From NCBI GenBank assembly GCA_965242865.1, contig CBDETK010000013.1, positions 4,288,001-4,352,000 of the forward strand: DNA of 64,000 nt, written 5' to 3'. The translations under genes and the position numbers were made by a program. Shown piece after piece: positions 28,164 to 38,174 of this stretch. The stretch comes from Candidatus Latescibacterota bacterium. GTDB taxonomy: Bacteria; Latescibacterota; UBA2968; UBA8231. The notes below the pieces were generated by a model, which was not told the origin of the DNA, did no database searches, and worked only from the letters and a program-made list of their open reading frames with translations. Each line of letters begins with the position of its first letter. Positions within the stretch are counted from its first letter, which is position 1.

Positions 28164-28788
28164 TCATAGCCGGGCGGCTGCGTCCTGTGCGGCACCGAGT
28201 GCGCGCAATGGCACGACCTTGACCTGTGCGTCAAGGGCGTATGACTTCTGGCCGGGGTACACGATAATGACCCGTTCGAGCTTTAGATCGTCGAGGGCCG
28301 TGCGGATGGAGCGGGTCAGGCGCGGCGCGTCCGTGCGCTTGCATTCGACGCCTAGCCAGCGGCCATTCTGGCGCAGCACGAGGTCTATTTCAGCCCCCTG
28401 ATGGGTGCTCCAGAAAAAGGCCTCCTCCGGCTGCAGCAAGGCAAGCAACTGCTCGATGACAAAACCCTCCCACGACGCGCCGAGGCTGGGGTGGTTCATC
28501 AGTTCGCCCTCCGTCCGAATGGCGAGCAACTGGTGCAATAGAGTCCGGTCGCCGCTGCACTTCGTCTATGACGACGAGACCGCGTAGCGTCTCCAGCGCG
28601 GTCATTGGCTGATCGAGCCGAGCGAGGCTGACCGGATCCTCCAAGTCAAAGTAGTTGGCTGAATCCTCCCGCACGAACTGGCGGGCGAGGGTGGTTTTGC
28701 CGCATTGGCGCGGGCCGACGAGCAGCACCAACGGGCTTCTGGACAGGGCCGTATGCAAACGATCAATGGGCTGTGGGCGCGGAATCAT
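28164..28788 (-). pseudogene. AAA_14/DUF4143 ATPase with large internal deletion and frameshift
   Basis: N-part GPRQCGKTT..IDEVQRRPD joins out of frame to C-part LHQLL..GASWEGFVIE..AEIDL..ECK; junction near 28541-28549. Confidence 0.85.
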
Positions 28789-28801
28789 ACGCCAAAATAT
28801 A

Positions 28802-28834
28802 ATGAAAATCGACAGGGCGAGCACCGATTTTCAT
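28802..28834. promoter_or_regulatory. 10-bp inverted repeat upstream of the DUF4143 pseudogene
   Basis: ATGAAAATCG-N13-CGATTTTCAT next to a minus-strand TATATT 7 nt before the ATG; operator, or terminator of the Rieske gene. Confidence 0.45.
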
Positions 28835-28866
28835 GGTTAAAGCCCATCTGAGTGTTCGGCGCGTTC

Positions 28867-30687
28867 TCAATCGTCGTCTTCGCGCTCGCTGAGCAGCTCG
28901 CCGCGCTGGAGCCGCTCGGCGTTTTGGGTGGACCAGAGGATGTTCTTCATCACCTTTTGCGCGGTGATGTAGCGGGTTGCGGCCAACAGGTGGACGCGCT
29001 TTTCCGCCGGGTCGCTGCTCAAGTCGTAGTGCCGGAACGCGGCTTCGAGCACTTGGAACATGTGCAACTCAGCGTCTTCGCGGAGCATGATGTGGGCCAA
29101 GGCGTGGCGGAGCTGGGTGATATCGCGCTCTTCTGCGAGATACTGGCTGACGAGGAGCTCGGCCTCAAAGACCTTTTGGAAGTCGGCCAATTCCCCTAAG
29201 CGCTGGAGCATGGCCTCGCTGGAGGCGAAGTCCTCGCCAAGCGTTTGTCCAAGCTGGGGGACGCGCGCGGCCGGCATGTTGAGCCAGCGCAGGTACGTGA
29301 GAAAGACTGCGCCGTGGAAAATGGCACGCAACAGCTCCTTGCTGGCGGCGTAGTGGAAGGCCGCGTATAGCGCGTGGGCGTAGGAGTAGATGTTGGCCAC
29401 GTCGTGCCAATCGCCCTCGTTTTTGAGGTGGAAGCGCAGGGTGCGCAATGCGCTGGCATAGGTCATGGCGCGGCAGAGCTGGGTCGGCGGCACGCCGGCG
29501 CGCAGAGCCTTTTCGACGCGGGCGAGGATGGGTTCAAAGTCGTCGCCGAGCATGACTTGGGCAAAGGCGGAGATGTCGAGGGAGGCTTCGTTGCGCTGGT
29601 TGTCCTCCCAGATCGCGTCTAGGCGCGAGAAAATGCTTTCCAAGGCCGGCAGGCTGTCGGCCCAGCGCGAAGTCTCTTCGTGGCGAGTGCGGCTGACCAA
29701 ATCAACGACGATCGGGCGGAGGATCTCGTGGGCGCCGACCCAGTCCACGTAGTTGAGGGCCTCGAACATCTTGTTGGCAAAGTCGAGGGCATGCCCGTCG
29801 CCAGTGAAGTAGAAGTCCGTGGCGGCCGTAAAGACAAAATCCGCGAGGGTTTCCCGGCCGCAGTCGCGGTCGTGCAAGGTGAGCAAGATGCGCTCGGCCG
29901 CGCCGTGGTGCCGCTGATCGACAAAGGTGCGAAACCAGCGCTTGAGGGTGGCCAAATTTTGGTCGCCCTCGGTGCGGGGAAAGGGGAAGCGCTGGCGGCG
30001 CGACGAGCCAGAGGTGCGCCGCGCAATCTGGGTCAAGCCGTGGACGAGGAAGAGATTTTGGTCGGCCTCGGCAATGTCGTCCCACAAGTTCGCCGCGAGG
30101 GTTAGGATGGCGACGCCCGACGACCAGCCTTCGCTGGTTTTGTGCGCGCCGTAGTAAAGGCCCTGCTGGATGATTTCCTGTGGGGTGGCCCCGGTCTGGC
30201 GGAGGGCGGCGACCGCTTTGGCGATGAGGAAGGAACTGCGGTCCTTGAGCCCTTGCTCGAGGGTGCGCTTGCCGCGCGCCACGAGCCGCCGGCGGGCCTC
30301 TTCCCGCTCGCCGGGCGGGATGCCGACCCAGGCGCACCCGTCGTCGCGCACCTCCACGGGAAAGGCTTTTAGGTCGTCGCCCGAAGTCAGCAGGCAGCCG
30401 CCGGTCTTCAGGTCGAATTCCCAGTGGTGCCAGTGGCATATAAGCACCCCGTCGCGGATGCTGCCTTTGGACATGGGGTAGCCCATGTGCGGGCAGCGAT
30501 TGTCAACGGCGTGCAAGGACCCCTCGTAGAGAAAAACCGCGAGGTGAATGCCTGCGACGGTAAAGGCCCGGCCCTCGCCGGCGGCAAATTCGCGGGCCGG
30601 TGCGAGCCGGTGATAGACGCAGGCCGCTGGGTCGACATCAATCGGCGGCCGCACTTGGCTTAGGTCGAGCTGTGGAGCGGTGGACAT
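28867..30687 (-). CDS. Rieske [2Fe-2S] domain fused to a large helical domain of unknown function
   Basis: NRCPHMG...ICHWHHWEFDL Rieske ligands; start MSTAPQ after RBS GGAGG; the upstream part of the listed 928-aa ORF is antisense shadow. Confidence 0.88.
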   Translation of the reverse strand: MSTAPQLDLSQVRPPIDVDPAACVYHRLAPAREFAAGEGRAFTVAGIHLAVFLYEGSLHAVDNRCPHMGYPMSKGSIRDGVLICHWHHWEFDLKTGGCLLTSGDDLKAFPVEVRDDGCAWVGIPPGEREEARRRLVARGKRTLEQGLKDRSSFLIAKAVAALRQTGATPQEIIQQGLYYGAHKTSEGWSSGVAILTLAANLWDDIAEADQNLFLVHGLTQIARRTSGSSRRQRFPFPRTEGDQNLATLKRWFRTFVDQRHHGAAERILLTLHDRDCGRETLADFVFTAATDFYFTGDGHALDFANKMFEALNYVDWVGAHEILRPIVVDLVSRTRHEETSRWADSLPALESIFSRLDAIWEDNQRNEASLDISAFAQVMLGDDFEPILARVEKALRAGVPPTQLCRAMTYASALRTLRFHLKNEGDWHDVANIYSYAHALYAAFHYAASKELLRAIFHGAVFLTYLRWLNMPAARVPQLGQTLGEDFASSEAMLQRLGELADFQKVFEAELLVSQYLAEERDITQLRHALAHIMLREDAELHMFQVLEAAFRHYDLSSDPAEKRVHLLAATRYITAQKVMKNILWSTQNAERLQRGELLSEREDDD

Positions 30688-30940
30688 GAGGGTTGCCTCC
30701 TGTTCCTGTAGAAGAATGGATGGGTGGCAGGAATATGCGCGATTGGGTGGTGGGAGGCCAACCGGGGGCGGGGGGGGTGTGTTGACGTACGGGGGTGAGG
30801 GGGGGCATGTTCTGGAGGATGGGGTTGTTTTGTTTGTGAAACCTGTACAGCACGGGGACGGATCCGCCCCGCCCCTGAAACCCGCACAGGGGCGGGTTTC
30901 TACGGGGGGGTTGGGCAGCAAATAAAAAAAGGAGGTTTTT

Positions 30941-31435
30941 ATGACGTTGCGAATTCTGTTGGTGGGCGCGCTTTTTTTGGGGGGGGTGGTTGCCGAAGAG
31001 GGGGGGGCGCGGAGCAAGCGCGTGAGGCAGGTTCCCAATGGCTCGGCCGCGAGCTGCAACACCTGCCACACGGCGGGCAGTGGATCGCCGCTCAATCCGT
31101 TTGGCGTGGAGACCCTAAATTTCCTCACCTCGGCTGGTCCCGCCGGGGACGTGATTTGGGGGCCAGTGCTGGCGGCCTTGGACTCTGATGGCGACGGCGC
31201 GGCCAATGGCGCGGAACTGGGCGACCCCGACGGCACTTGGGTGGTGGGCGATCCCAATCCCGAAGGGACGCACGACGATGACGTAAAGGAAGACCCCGAC
31301 GAAGGCGATTCTACCGCCGGGCAGGTGTTCAATCCCGGCGATCCCGACAGCACCCCGCCGCTCGCGCCGCACGACACGGCGGTTGGGGAAGCGACTTGGG
31401 CATGGATCAAGCAGCGGCTGGACGCCCTCGACTGA
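30941..31435 (+). CDS. Secreted CxxCH (c-type heme) protein with temptin-like DSDGDG..NG.ELGDP domain and C-terminal W-x-x-I-K tail
   Basis: RBS AAGGAGG, signal peptide, CNTCH, NPFG, LDSDGDGAANGAELGDPDG, tail TAVGEATWAWIKQRLD. Confidence 0.75.
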   Translation: MTLRILLVGALFLGGVVAEEGGARSKRVRQVPNGSAASCNTCHTAGSGSPLNPFGVETLNFLTSAGPAGDVIWGPVLAALDSDGDGAANGAELGDPDGTWVVGDPNPEGTHDDDVKEDPDEGDSTAGQVFNPGDPDSTPPLAPHDTAVGEATWAWIKQRLDALD

Positions 31436-31477
31436 GGCGGGGCGGATGCGGCGGTTGAGTTGCGAGGTGGCAAGGTG

Positions 31478-33709
31478 ATGGAAAACAGCAGAGAGCAGCA
31501 TTTCGCCATTGAGGGCATGCACTGCGCGGGCTGCGTGCGGCAGGTCGAGCAGCAGGTGGCTGGTTTGGCCGGCGTGGAACAGGCCGACGTGAACTTGGCG
31601 ACCGAGCAGATGGCCGTGCGCTTTGACCCGGCGGCTGTAGATGAGGAAAGCATTGCCGCGGCCGTGGCAAAAGCGGGGTTTGCGGCGCGGCTGCAAGCAT
31701 CCGAAGCCGAAGGGGCCGCTAGGCGTCAGGCGCGCAAGCAGGCCGCGCTCGCCGCGCAGGCCGGGGCCTTGCGGTGGGCGGCTGCGTTTTGGCTGCCGCT
31801 CTTCGCGGTGGAGATGGCCGAGCAGCTGGGCGCATCGCTGGCAGCCCTGTCCTTGGCCCAGCATCCGTTGCGGGTGGGCGTTTTGCACCTGCTGTTGGTG
31901 CTGCCGGTGCTGTGGGTGGGCCGCTCGATTTACGTTGAGGGGGGACAGGCTTTGTGGCGCGGTCGCCCCAACATGTTTTCGCTAATCGCCATTGGCACGG
32001 CCGCGGCTTGGCTCTACAGTGCTTGGGGGTTGGGGACCGTCGTCGTGGGGGTCGCCGCGGAGTTTGACTCCTATTTCCCGTCGGTTGCCACGATCGTCTC
32101 CTTTATGCTGATGGGCCGCTATCTCGAAGCGCGGTCGCGGTTGCGGGCCGAGGAGGCGATAGGTGCTCTGCTGCAACTCAAACCCGACACGGCGATGCTC
32201 GTCACCGGCGATGGAACGCGAGAAATTGCAGCCGACGCCATTGCGGTGGGCGACTGCCTGCGCGTGCGCCCGGGCGAGCGCGTCCCCGCCGATGGCGAAG
32301 TCGTCGAAGGAAGTTCTACGGTGGATGAGTCCCTGCTGACCGGCGAGTCGCTGCCGGTGGCCAAGGCCCCGGGCGATGCCGTCACCGGCGGCAGCCTCAA
32401 CGGCGCGGGTGCGCTCGTGGTGCGGGCAACGCGCCGGGCCGAGGACGCGCTGCTAATGCAAATGGTGCGCTTAGTCGAAGCCGCACAGGCCGGCAAGGCA
32501 CCGATTGCCCGCCTAGCCGATGTGGTAGCCGGGTATTTTGTACCGGCCGTACTGGCCCTAGGCCTAGTGGCGGCCGGGGGTTGGCTGTGGGCCGGGGAGA
32601 GCGTGAGCTTTGCGTTGCAGGTTTTCGTGGCCGTGTTGATCATCGCCTGCCCGTGTAGCTTGGGCTTGGCCACGCCGGCCGCCATTATGGTCGGCACGGG
32701 CCGGGGCGCGCATTTGGGCATCTTGTTCAAAAGCCCGGAAGTGCTGGAAACAGCGCACAAAACAGATGCCGTGGTGCTGGACAAAACCGGCACCGTCACC
32801 GAGGGGCGGCCGCAGGTGGTGGGAGTAGAGCCGCTAAACGGAGGCCGCGCCGACGAGGTGCTGCGCTTGGCCGCGGCCGTGGAGCGCGGCTCCGAGCATC
32901 CGCTGGCCGCGGCGATTGTGACTGCCGCCGCCGAGCGGGGCTTGGCCGTGCCAAAGGCGAGCGAAGTGGTGGCGAGCCCGGGCCAAGGGGCGCGGGCCGA
33001 GGTGGAAGGCGCGGCCGTGGCGGTGGGCAATCGCGCCATGATGGCAACGGAGGGTATTCGCCTAGACGAAGACAGCGATCCGGCGGCCACGGCCACGGTC
33101 GCGTGGGTCGCAGCCGCTGGATCGCTGGTCGGCCGGGTGTCTTTGGCCGACCGTCCCCGCCCGCAGAGCAAGGACGACGTGGCTCGATTGCGCCGAGGCG
33201 GCTTGGAGGTGGTAATGCTCACGGGCGACAGTCGTCCGGCCGCGGAGGCCGTGGCGCGTCAAGTGGGGATTGGAACCGTACATGCCGAGGTCTTGCCCGC
33301 AGACAAGGCGGCGGTTGTGCGGGCCTTGCAGGCCGAGGGCCGTTGCGTAGCCATGGTCGGCGATGGGATCAACGACGCGCCGGCACTGGCCGCGGCCGAT
33401 GTGGGCATGGCCTTTGCCACGGGGACGGATGTGGCGGCCGCGTCGGCGCCCGTGGTGCTCATGCACAGTCGGTTGGCGGATGTGGCGCGTGCGCTTGAAC
33501 TGAGCCGAGCGGTTGTGCGGACCATAAAGCAGAATTTGTTCTGGGCATTTTTTTACAACGCCGCGGGCATTCCAGTGGCCGCGGGCGCGCTGTACCTATT
33601 CGGCGGCCCGTTGCTCAATCCGATGCTGGCGAGCTTGGCGATGGCCTTTTCGTCGGTGTCCGTGGTGATGAACGCGCTCCGGTTGCGGCGCTTTGCTCAA
33701 AGCCGCTGA
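31478..33709 (+). CDS. copA: Cu(I)/Ag(I)-transporting P1B-type ATPase
   Basis: [34 protein letters not shown] and MAFSS motifs. Confidence 0.95.
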   Translation: MENSREQHFAIEGMHCAGCVRQVEQQVAGLAGVEQADVNLATEQMAVRFDPAAVDEESIAAAVAKAGFAARLQASEAEGAARRQARKQAALAAQAGALRWAAAFWLPLFAVEMAEQLGASLAALSLAQHPLRVGVLHLLLVLPVLWVGRSIYVEGGQALWRGRPNMFSLIAIGTAAAWLYSAWGLGTVVVGVAAEFDSYFPSVATIVSFMLMGRYLEARSRLRAEEAIGALLQLKPDTAMLVTGDGTREIAADAIAVGDCLRVRPGERVPADGEVVEGSSTVDESLLTGESLPVAKAPGDAVTGGSLNGAGALVVRATRRAEDALLMQMVRLVEAAQAGKAPIARLADVVAGYFVPAVLALGLVAAGGWLWAGESVSFALQVFVAVLIIACPCSLGLATPAAIMVGTGRGAHLGILFKSPEVLETAHKTDAVVLDKTGTVTEGRPQVVGVEPLNGGRADEVLRLAAAVERGSEHPLAAAIVTAAAERGLAVPKASEVVASPGQGARAEVEGAAVAVGNRAMMATEGIRLDEDSDPAATATVAWVAAAGSLVGRVSLADRPRPQSKDDVARLRRGGLEVVMLTGDSRPAAEAVARQVGIGTVHAEVLPADKAAVVRALQAEGRCVAMVGDGINDAPALAAADVGMAFATGTDVAAASAPVVLMHSRLADVARALELSRAVVRTIKQNLFWAFFYNAAGIPVAAGALYLFGGPLLNPMLASLAMAFSSVSVVMNALRLRRFAQSR

Positions 33710-33734
33710 TCCGGGGTTCGGTTAGGAGGCTGCT

Positions 33735-34967
33735 ATGGCTACAATCATGATGGTTGGGGCGTTTGACACCAAGGGCGCGGAGTACGCCTTCTTGCGCGCG
33801 CAGATTTTGGCCCGGGGCCACGAAGTGCTGGCCGTGAACACGGGCGTTGTGGGCGGGTGCGACGCCTTTGCGGTGGATGTGGAGGCCAGCGCGGTGGCCG
33901 CGGCGGGTGGCGCGTCGCTGGAGTCGTTGCGCGCGGCCGGCGACCGCGGGGCCGCCATGAAGGCCATGGGGGCGGGCGCGGCCAAGGTGGCGGCGCAAGG
34001 GTACGCCGCGGGCCGGTTTGACGGCATTGTCGGCATGGGCGGGTCTGGCGGTAGCAGCGTGGTGACCGCGGCCATGCGCGCCCTGCCGGTGGGAGTGCCC
34101 AAGGTATGCGTTTCGACCGTGGCGGCCGGCGACACGGCCGCATACGTGGGCAGCAAGGACGTCGTGCTCATTCCGTCGATTGTGGATGTGGCCGGGGTCA
34201 ACCGGATTTCGCGGGTAATTTTCACGCGGGCTGCGGGCGCGATCTGCGGCATGGTCGAAGCCGAGCCCGCCCCGGCTGACGACGACAAGCCGATCGTCGC
34301 GGCCTCGATGTTTGGCAACACCACCGAATGCGTGAACGCCTGCAGCGAAGCCCTGTCGGCGAGCGGGTACGAGGTTTTGGTTTTTCACGCCACGGGCACC
34401 GGCGGCCGCACCATGGAGTCGCTCATCGACGAGGGCTTAGTGGATGCGGTGCTGGACATCACCACCACGGAGTGGGCCGACGAAGTGTGCGGCGGTGTCT
34501 TCAGCGCGGGGCCAGACCGCTTGAGCGCGGCGGGCCGGGCGGGTTTGCCCCAGTTGGTGGTCCCCGGCTGCGTGGATATGGCCAATTTTGGCGGCATGGA
34601 CACCGTGCCGCCCCAGTACAAGGACGGCACGCGGCTCTTTTACGAGTGGAATCCAGCCGTGACCTTGATGCGCACCAATGCCGAAGAGAACGCGCTTATG
34701 GGCCGGATATTTGCCGAAAAGCTCAACGCGGCCCAAGGCCCGGTCGCCGTGCTCATTCCGCTCAGGGGCGTGTCGATCCTCGATGGCGACGGCGAGCTGT
34801 TTTGCGACCGCCAAGCCAACCGCGCCTTTGGCGACGCCCTCAAAGCCAATTTGGACGCGGGCATCCTCGTCCGCGAAGTCGATTACAACATCAACGATCC
34901 AGCGTTTGCAGCCGCAGCGACCGCGCTGCTGCTAACGCTGATTGCCGAGAAAGCAGGAGCGTTATGA
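33735..34967 (+). CDS. UPF0261 / Tm-1-like ATP-binding domain protein
   Basis: FDTKGAE, GGSGGS, LPVGVPK, SMFGNTT, FHATGTGG, DITTTE, PGCVDMANF, TLMRT. Confidence 0.9.
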   Translation: MATIMMVGAFDTKGAEYAFLRAQILARGHEVLAVNTGVVGGCDAFAVDVEASAVAAAGGASLESLRAAGDRGAAMKAMGAGAAKVAAQGYAAGRFDGIVGMGGSGGSSVVTAAMRALPVGVPKVCVSTVAAGDTAAYVGSKDVVLIPSIVDVAGVNRISRVIFTRAAGAICGMVEAEPAPADDDKPIVAASMFGNTTECVNACSEALSASGYEVLVFHATGTGGRTMESLIDEGLVDAVLDITTTEWADEVCGGVFSAGPDRLSAAGRAGLPQLVVPGCVDMANFGGMDTVPPQYKDGTRLFYEWNPAVTLMRTNAEENALMGRIFAEKLNAAQGPVAVLIPLRGVSILDGDGELFCDRQANRAFGDALKANLDAGILVREVDYNINDPAFAAAATALLLTLIAEKAGAL

Positions 34968-35377
34968 GCGAGAAAAAGACCTTTGTGCAATGCGCCGACG
35001 TGGAGACCCAAGTCTTTGACTGGGGCCGCTTAAACTGGCTTTCCGAGCCGCTGGTGACGGCGGCCGAGCACTTTAGCTGCGGCGTGGTGGAGCTGGCCCC
35101 GGGCCAGGGGCACGTGCGTCACAACCATCCGTATAGCGAGGAGATCCTCTACGTGATAGAAGGCACTGGAATTCAGACGGTGGAACTGGAGTCCGGGACG
35201 CTCGAAAAAGAGATTGGCCCGGGCGAGCTGGTACACATTCCAACGGCCGCGTATCACTCGACCGTGAATAGCGGCGAGGAGACGATGAAGCTGATCGCGG
35301 TATATGCGCCGTTTGGACCGGAGGCCGAGTTGCGGAAGATGGATGGGGTGCAGATAGAAAAGGCGCGCAACGGATAG
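34964..35377 (+). CDS. Cupin-domain protein
   Basis: [19 protein letters not shown] and IPTAAYHST metal-binding motifs; ATGA coupling. Confidence 0.88.
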   Translation: MSEKKTFVQCADVETQVFDWGRLNWLSEPLVTAAEHFSCGVVELAPGQGHVRHNHPYSEEILYVIEGTGIQTVELESGTLEKEIGPGELVHIPTAAYHSTVNSGEETMKLIAVYAPFGPEAELRKMDGVQIEKARNG

Positions 35378-35382
35378 CGGTC

Positions 35383-36210
35383 ATGGCGTTTACAAGAGAA
35401 GAAGTGCTCACGCGGTTGCGGCGGAACATGGCGGCTGGGATTCCCATTATCGGCGCGGGCGCTGGGACCGGGATCAGCGCGAAGTTCGAGGAAGCCGGCG
35501 GCGTTGACTTGATCGTCATTTACAATTCCGGGCGATTTCGCATGGCGGGCCGGGGGTCGCTGGCGGGGACCATGCCTTATGGGGACGCCAACGCGATTGT
35601 GATGGACATGGCCGGGGAGGTGTTGACGGTGGTGGAGGATACGCCGGTGCTGGCTGGCGTGTGCGGGACGGATCCGTTCCGGCAGATGGAGGTTTTCCTG
35701 CGCGAGGTTGCGGCCATTGGGTTTTCCGGGGTGCAGAACTTTCCGACTGTGGGGCTGATTGACGGGTTGTATCGGCAAAACTTGGAGGAGACCGGAATGG
35801 GGTATGGAATGGAGGTGGAGATGATCCGCACCGCGCACGAGTTGGGGTTGTTGACGACGCCTTACGCCTTTAATCCGGCCGAGGGCGAGCAAATGGCAGC
35901 GGCCGGGGCCGACATTGTGGTGGCGCATACCGGGCTTACGACCAAGGGCGCGATTGGCGCGACGACCGCCCTGACGTTGGAGGAATCGGTGGGAGTTGTG
36001 CAGGCGATATGCGATGCGGCGCGCGGCGCGGCCGAGGAAGTGATTGTGCTGTGCCACGGGGGGCCGATTTCAGAGCCGGCCGACGCCGAGTACGTGTTGC
36101 AAAACACCACGGGGGTCAATGGCTTCTACGGCGCGTCGAGCATGGAGCGCTTGCCGGTGGAGGTGGCCATTACCGAGCACGTGAAGCAGTACAAGGCCAT
36201 CCGCTTTTAA
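35383..36210 (+). CDS. TIM-barrel protein of the PEP-hydrolase-like / Tm-1 C-terminal family
   Basis: [59 protein letters not shown]. Confidence 0.92.
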   Translation: MAFTREEVLTRLRRNMAAGIPIIGAGAGTGISAKFEEAGGVDLIVIYNSGRFRMAGRGSLAGTMPYGDANAIVMDMAGEVLTVVEDTPVLAGVCGTDPFRQMEVFLREVAAIGFSGVQNFPTVGLIDGLYRQNLEETGMGYGMEVEMIRTAHELGLLTTPYAFNPAEGEQMAAAGADIVVAHTGLTTKGAIGATTALTLEESVGVVQAICDAARGAAEEVIVLCHGGPISEPADAEYVLQNTTGVNGFYGASSMERLPVEVAITEHVKQYKAIRF

Positions 36211-36223
36211 GCCGGCCCTGTCG

Positions 36224-36754
36224 ATGCGCCCCTTGCGCAAAGTTGAAGTGAAGCGGCTCTTTGCCGACGCAGCGCAACGCTATCCGCCCAAGGCGGAGCT
36301 GGCCTTTCTGTTGCAGAGCGTTGAAGACCCGCTCAATGTCGGCTCGATGTTTCGCATTGCCGATGCGTGTGGAGCGCGGGAGCTGGTTTTTACGGGGGTG
36401 ACGCCGGCGCCGCCGCACGTGGATATTGAGCGCACGGCTCGGGGCCACGAGCGGCGCGTGGCTTGGCGGCGGATCGGGCGCATGGACGAGGCGGCGCATG
36501 CACTGCGGGACGAAGGGTATCACTTGGTGGCGTTGGAAGTGGTGCAGGGGGCGGTGTGCTATTTGGAATACGATTTCCCGGACAAAGTGTGTTTGGTGCT
36601 CGGCAACGAGACCAAGGGCGTCTATCGACAGACCTTGGCGTTGTGCCATGGGGCGGTCTATATCCCCATGTACGGCAAGGGGCCGTCGATGAATGTTCAC
36701 GTGGCCGGAGCGTTGGTGGCGTATCAGGCGTTGATCGCGGATGAACGTGGATGA
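36224..36754 (+). CDS. SpoU/TrmH-family RNA 2'-O-methyltransferase
   Basis: DPLNVGSMFRIADA, VLGNETKG, IPMYG..SMNV SPOUT motifs. Confidence 0.9.
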   Translation: MRPLRKVEVKRLFADAAQRYPPKAELAFLLQSVEDPLNVGSMFRIADACGARELVFTGVTPAPPHVDIERTARGHERRVAWRRIGRMDEAAHALRDEGYHLVALEVVQGAVCYLEYDFPDKVCLVLGNETKGVYRQTLALCHGAVYIPMYGKGPSMNVHVAGALVAYQALIADERG

Positions 36755-36773
36755 TGCGGATGGACGCGGAATA
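36736..36773 (+). repeat. Degenerate ~10-nt tandem repeat (CGCGGATGAA-like, 4 units)
   Basis: CGCGGATGAA CGTGGATGA TGCGGATGGA CGCGGAATA spanning the trmH stop. Confidence 0.5.
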
Positions 36774-36842
36774 GTATGTACGAGACGATTTACCTCTATG
36801 AAGTGCCAAAGCGAATTGATCAGCGAGGCTATTGACCAAACC

Positions 36843-38114
36843 ATGATCGACACAACCCAACTCATCTCGTCCATCCAAGCGGGTGAAGATACTAAGCTCG
36901 AACTCAAGGAGGTCGTATTTCGGGGAGAACGGATTGGGTTTGCCCGAGAAGAGGGACGCACCGCGTCGAAACTCGCCGAGGTCTTCGTCAGCATGGCCAA
37001 TGCGGAAGGAGGCTCGGTCGTAATGGGCGTCCGGGACTCGGACCGCATCCCGGTTGGCATCCCCCCCGAAAAGCGCGATCTCTTGGAGCAATTTGTCGTC
37101 AATGTGGCGGCCCATAACTGCAATCCAATGATCATCCCGGGGTTGGATTGGGAATACCTGCCCGGAGAAGACGGACATCCCGCCCTGTGCTTAATCGTTG
37201 AAATCCCCCCGTCCAAGCTCGACGTACACCAGACGAGCGATGGGCGTTTCCTCCAGCGCGTCGGCAGCCACCGCCAGTTGATCCCGGCCGAACGACTGGC
37301 CCGCATGTTGACGGAGCGTCGCTTGGCTAGCCCGTTTGAGGAGCGCCCCATGGTCGGTAGCAGCCTTGACGACTTGGACACAACCCGCCTTGAACAGTAC
37401 TTCAGCCGACGCTTCCCCGATTGGTCCACGCCAGCAGACTGGGCTTCCACGCTGGCGGCGCACAAACTTGCTGCGATCTCAAAGACGGGGGCCACGCCGA
37501 CGCACTTGGGCATCCTGCTCTTTGCCAAGCAGCCCGAGCAGTACATTTCCGGCGCGTACATCGATCTGGCCGTGTACCACCACGACATTCCCGATGGCAA
37601 CACCGTGGATAGCCGGCAAATCACCGGGCCGTTACCCGAGCAAATCGCCAAGGTCGTGTCGTACTTTCAAGCCTCTCCTTTGACGCCCATCGCTTCGCGG
37701 AAAAGCGGCGATGGGCGACGGGATTATCCCAGCTACCGATACACTGCACTCCAAGAAGCCGTTGTAAACGCCGTCATTCATCGGGATTATGGAGTGGCCG
37801 GATCGCAGATCATCATTCGCATGTTCCTCGACCGCATTGAGTTTCAAAATCCCGGGGCGCTCTACAACACCTTGACCATTGAAAACTTGTACGCTGGGTG
37901 TCAGCCGGCTCGCCGGAATCAGTTTCTCACCGGCTTCATGCGCTACTACGAAAGCCCGGTCACAGGCTCTAGTTTTTTGGAAGCGCGAGGCGAGGGGTTT
38001 TTGAATTTGGTCCGCGACAGCTTGCGTTTGTCGGGGCGGCGACCGGAACTAGAACAGATCGGGGCGGCGACGAAGTTGACGATCTACGCGGCGCAATACC
38101 CGGAGCTGGCGTAG
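36843..38114 (+). CDS. Schlafen AlbA_2 domain plus HATPase_c_4 (RecG-C-like) protein
   Basis: GEDTKLELKE, MANAEGG..VMGVRD, QRVGS; EAVVNAVIHRDY, IEFQNPG, RRNQFL, EARGEG; start could be further upstream. Confidence 0.88.
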   Translation: MIDTTQLISSIQAGEDTKLELKEVVFRGERIGFAREEGRTASKLAEVFVSMANAEGGSVVMGVRDSDRIPVGIPPEKRDLLEQFVVNVAAHNCNPMIIPGLDWEYLPGEDGHPALCLIVEIPPSKLDVHQTSDGRFLQRVGSHRQLIPAERLARMLTERRLASPFEERPMVGSSLDDLDTTRLEQYFSRRFPDWSTPADWASTLAAHKLAAISKTGATPTHLGILLFAKQPEQYISGAYIDLAVYHHDIPDGNTVDSRQITGPLPEQIAKVVSYFQASPLTPIASRKSGDGRRDYPSYRYTALQEAVVNAVIHRDYGVAGSQIIIRMFLDRIEFQNPGALYNTLTIENLYAGCQPARRNQFLTGFMRYYESPVTGSSFLEARGEGFLNLVRDSLRLSGRRPELEQIGAATKLTIYAAQYPELA

Positions 38115-38174
38115 GGGATGGCCTAATGCTCCGGCAATGTCGGAAACGACTTAGAGAGCTATTGTAGTGCGAGT

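Noticed and set aside
23986-28860. Intact mobile element or retron
   Set aside because: No integrase, transposase, reverse transcriptase, tRNA target or flanking direct repeats recognised.
30688-31653. N-terminal extension of the 928-aa Rieske ORF
   Set aside because: Ser/Pro-rich antisense shadow of the heme protein and copA; an RBS supports the start at 30687.
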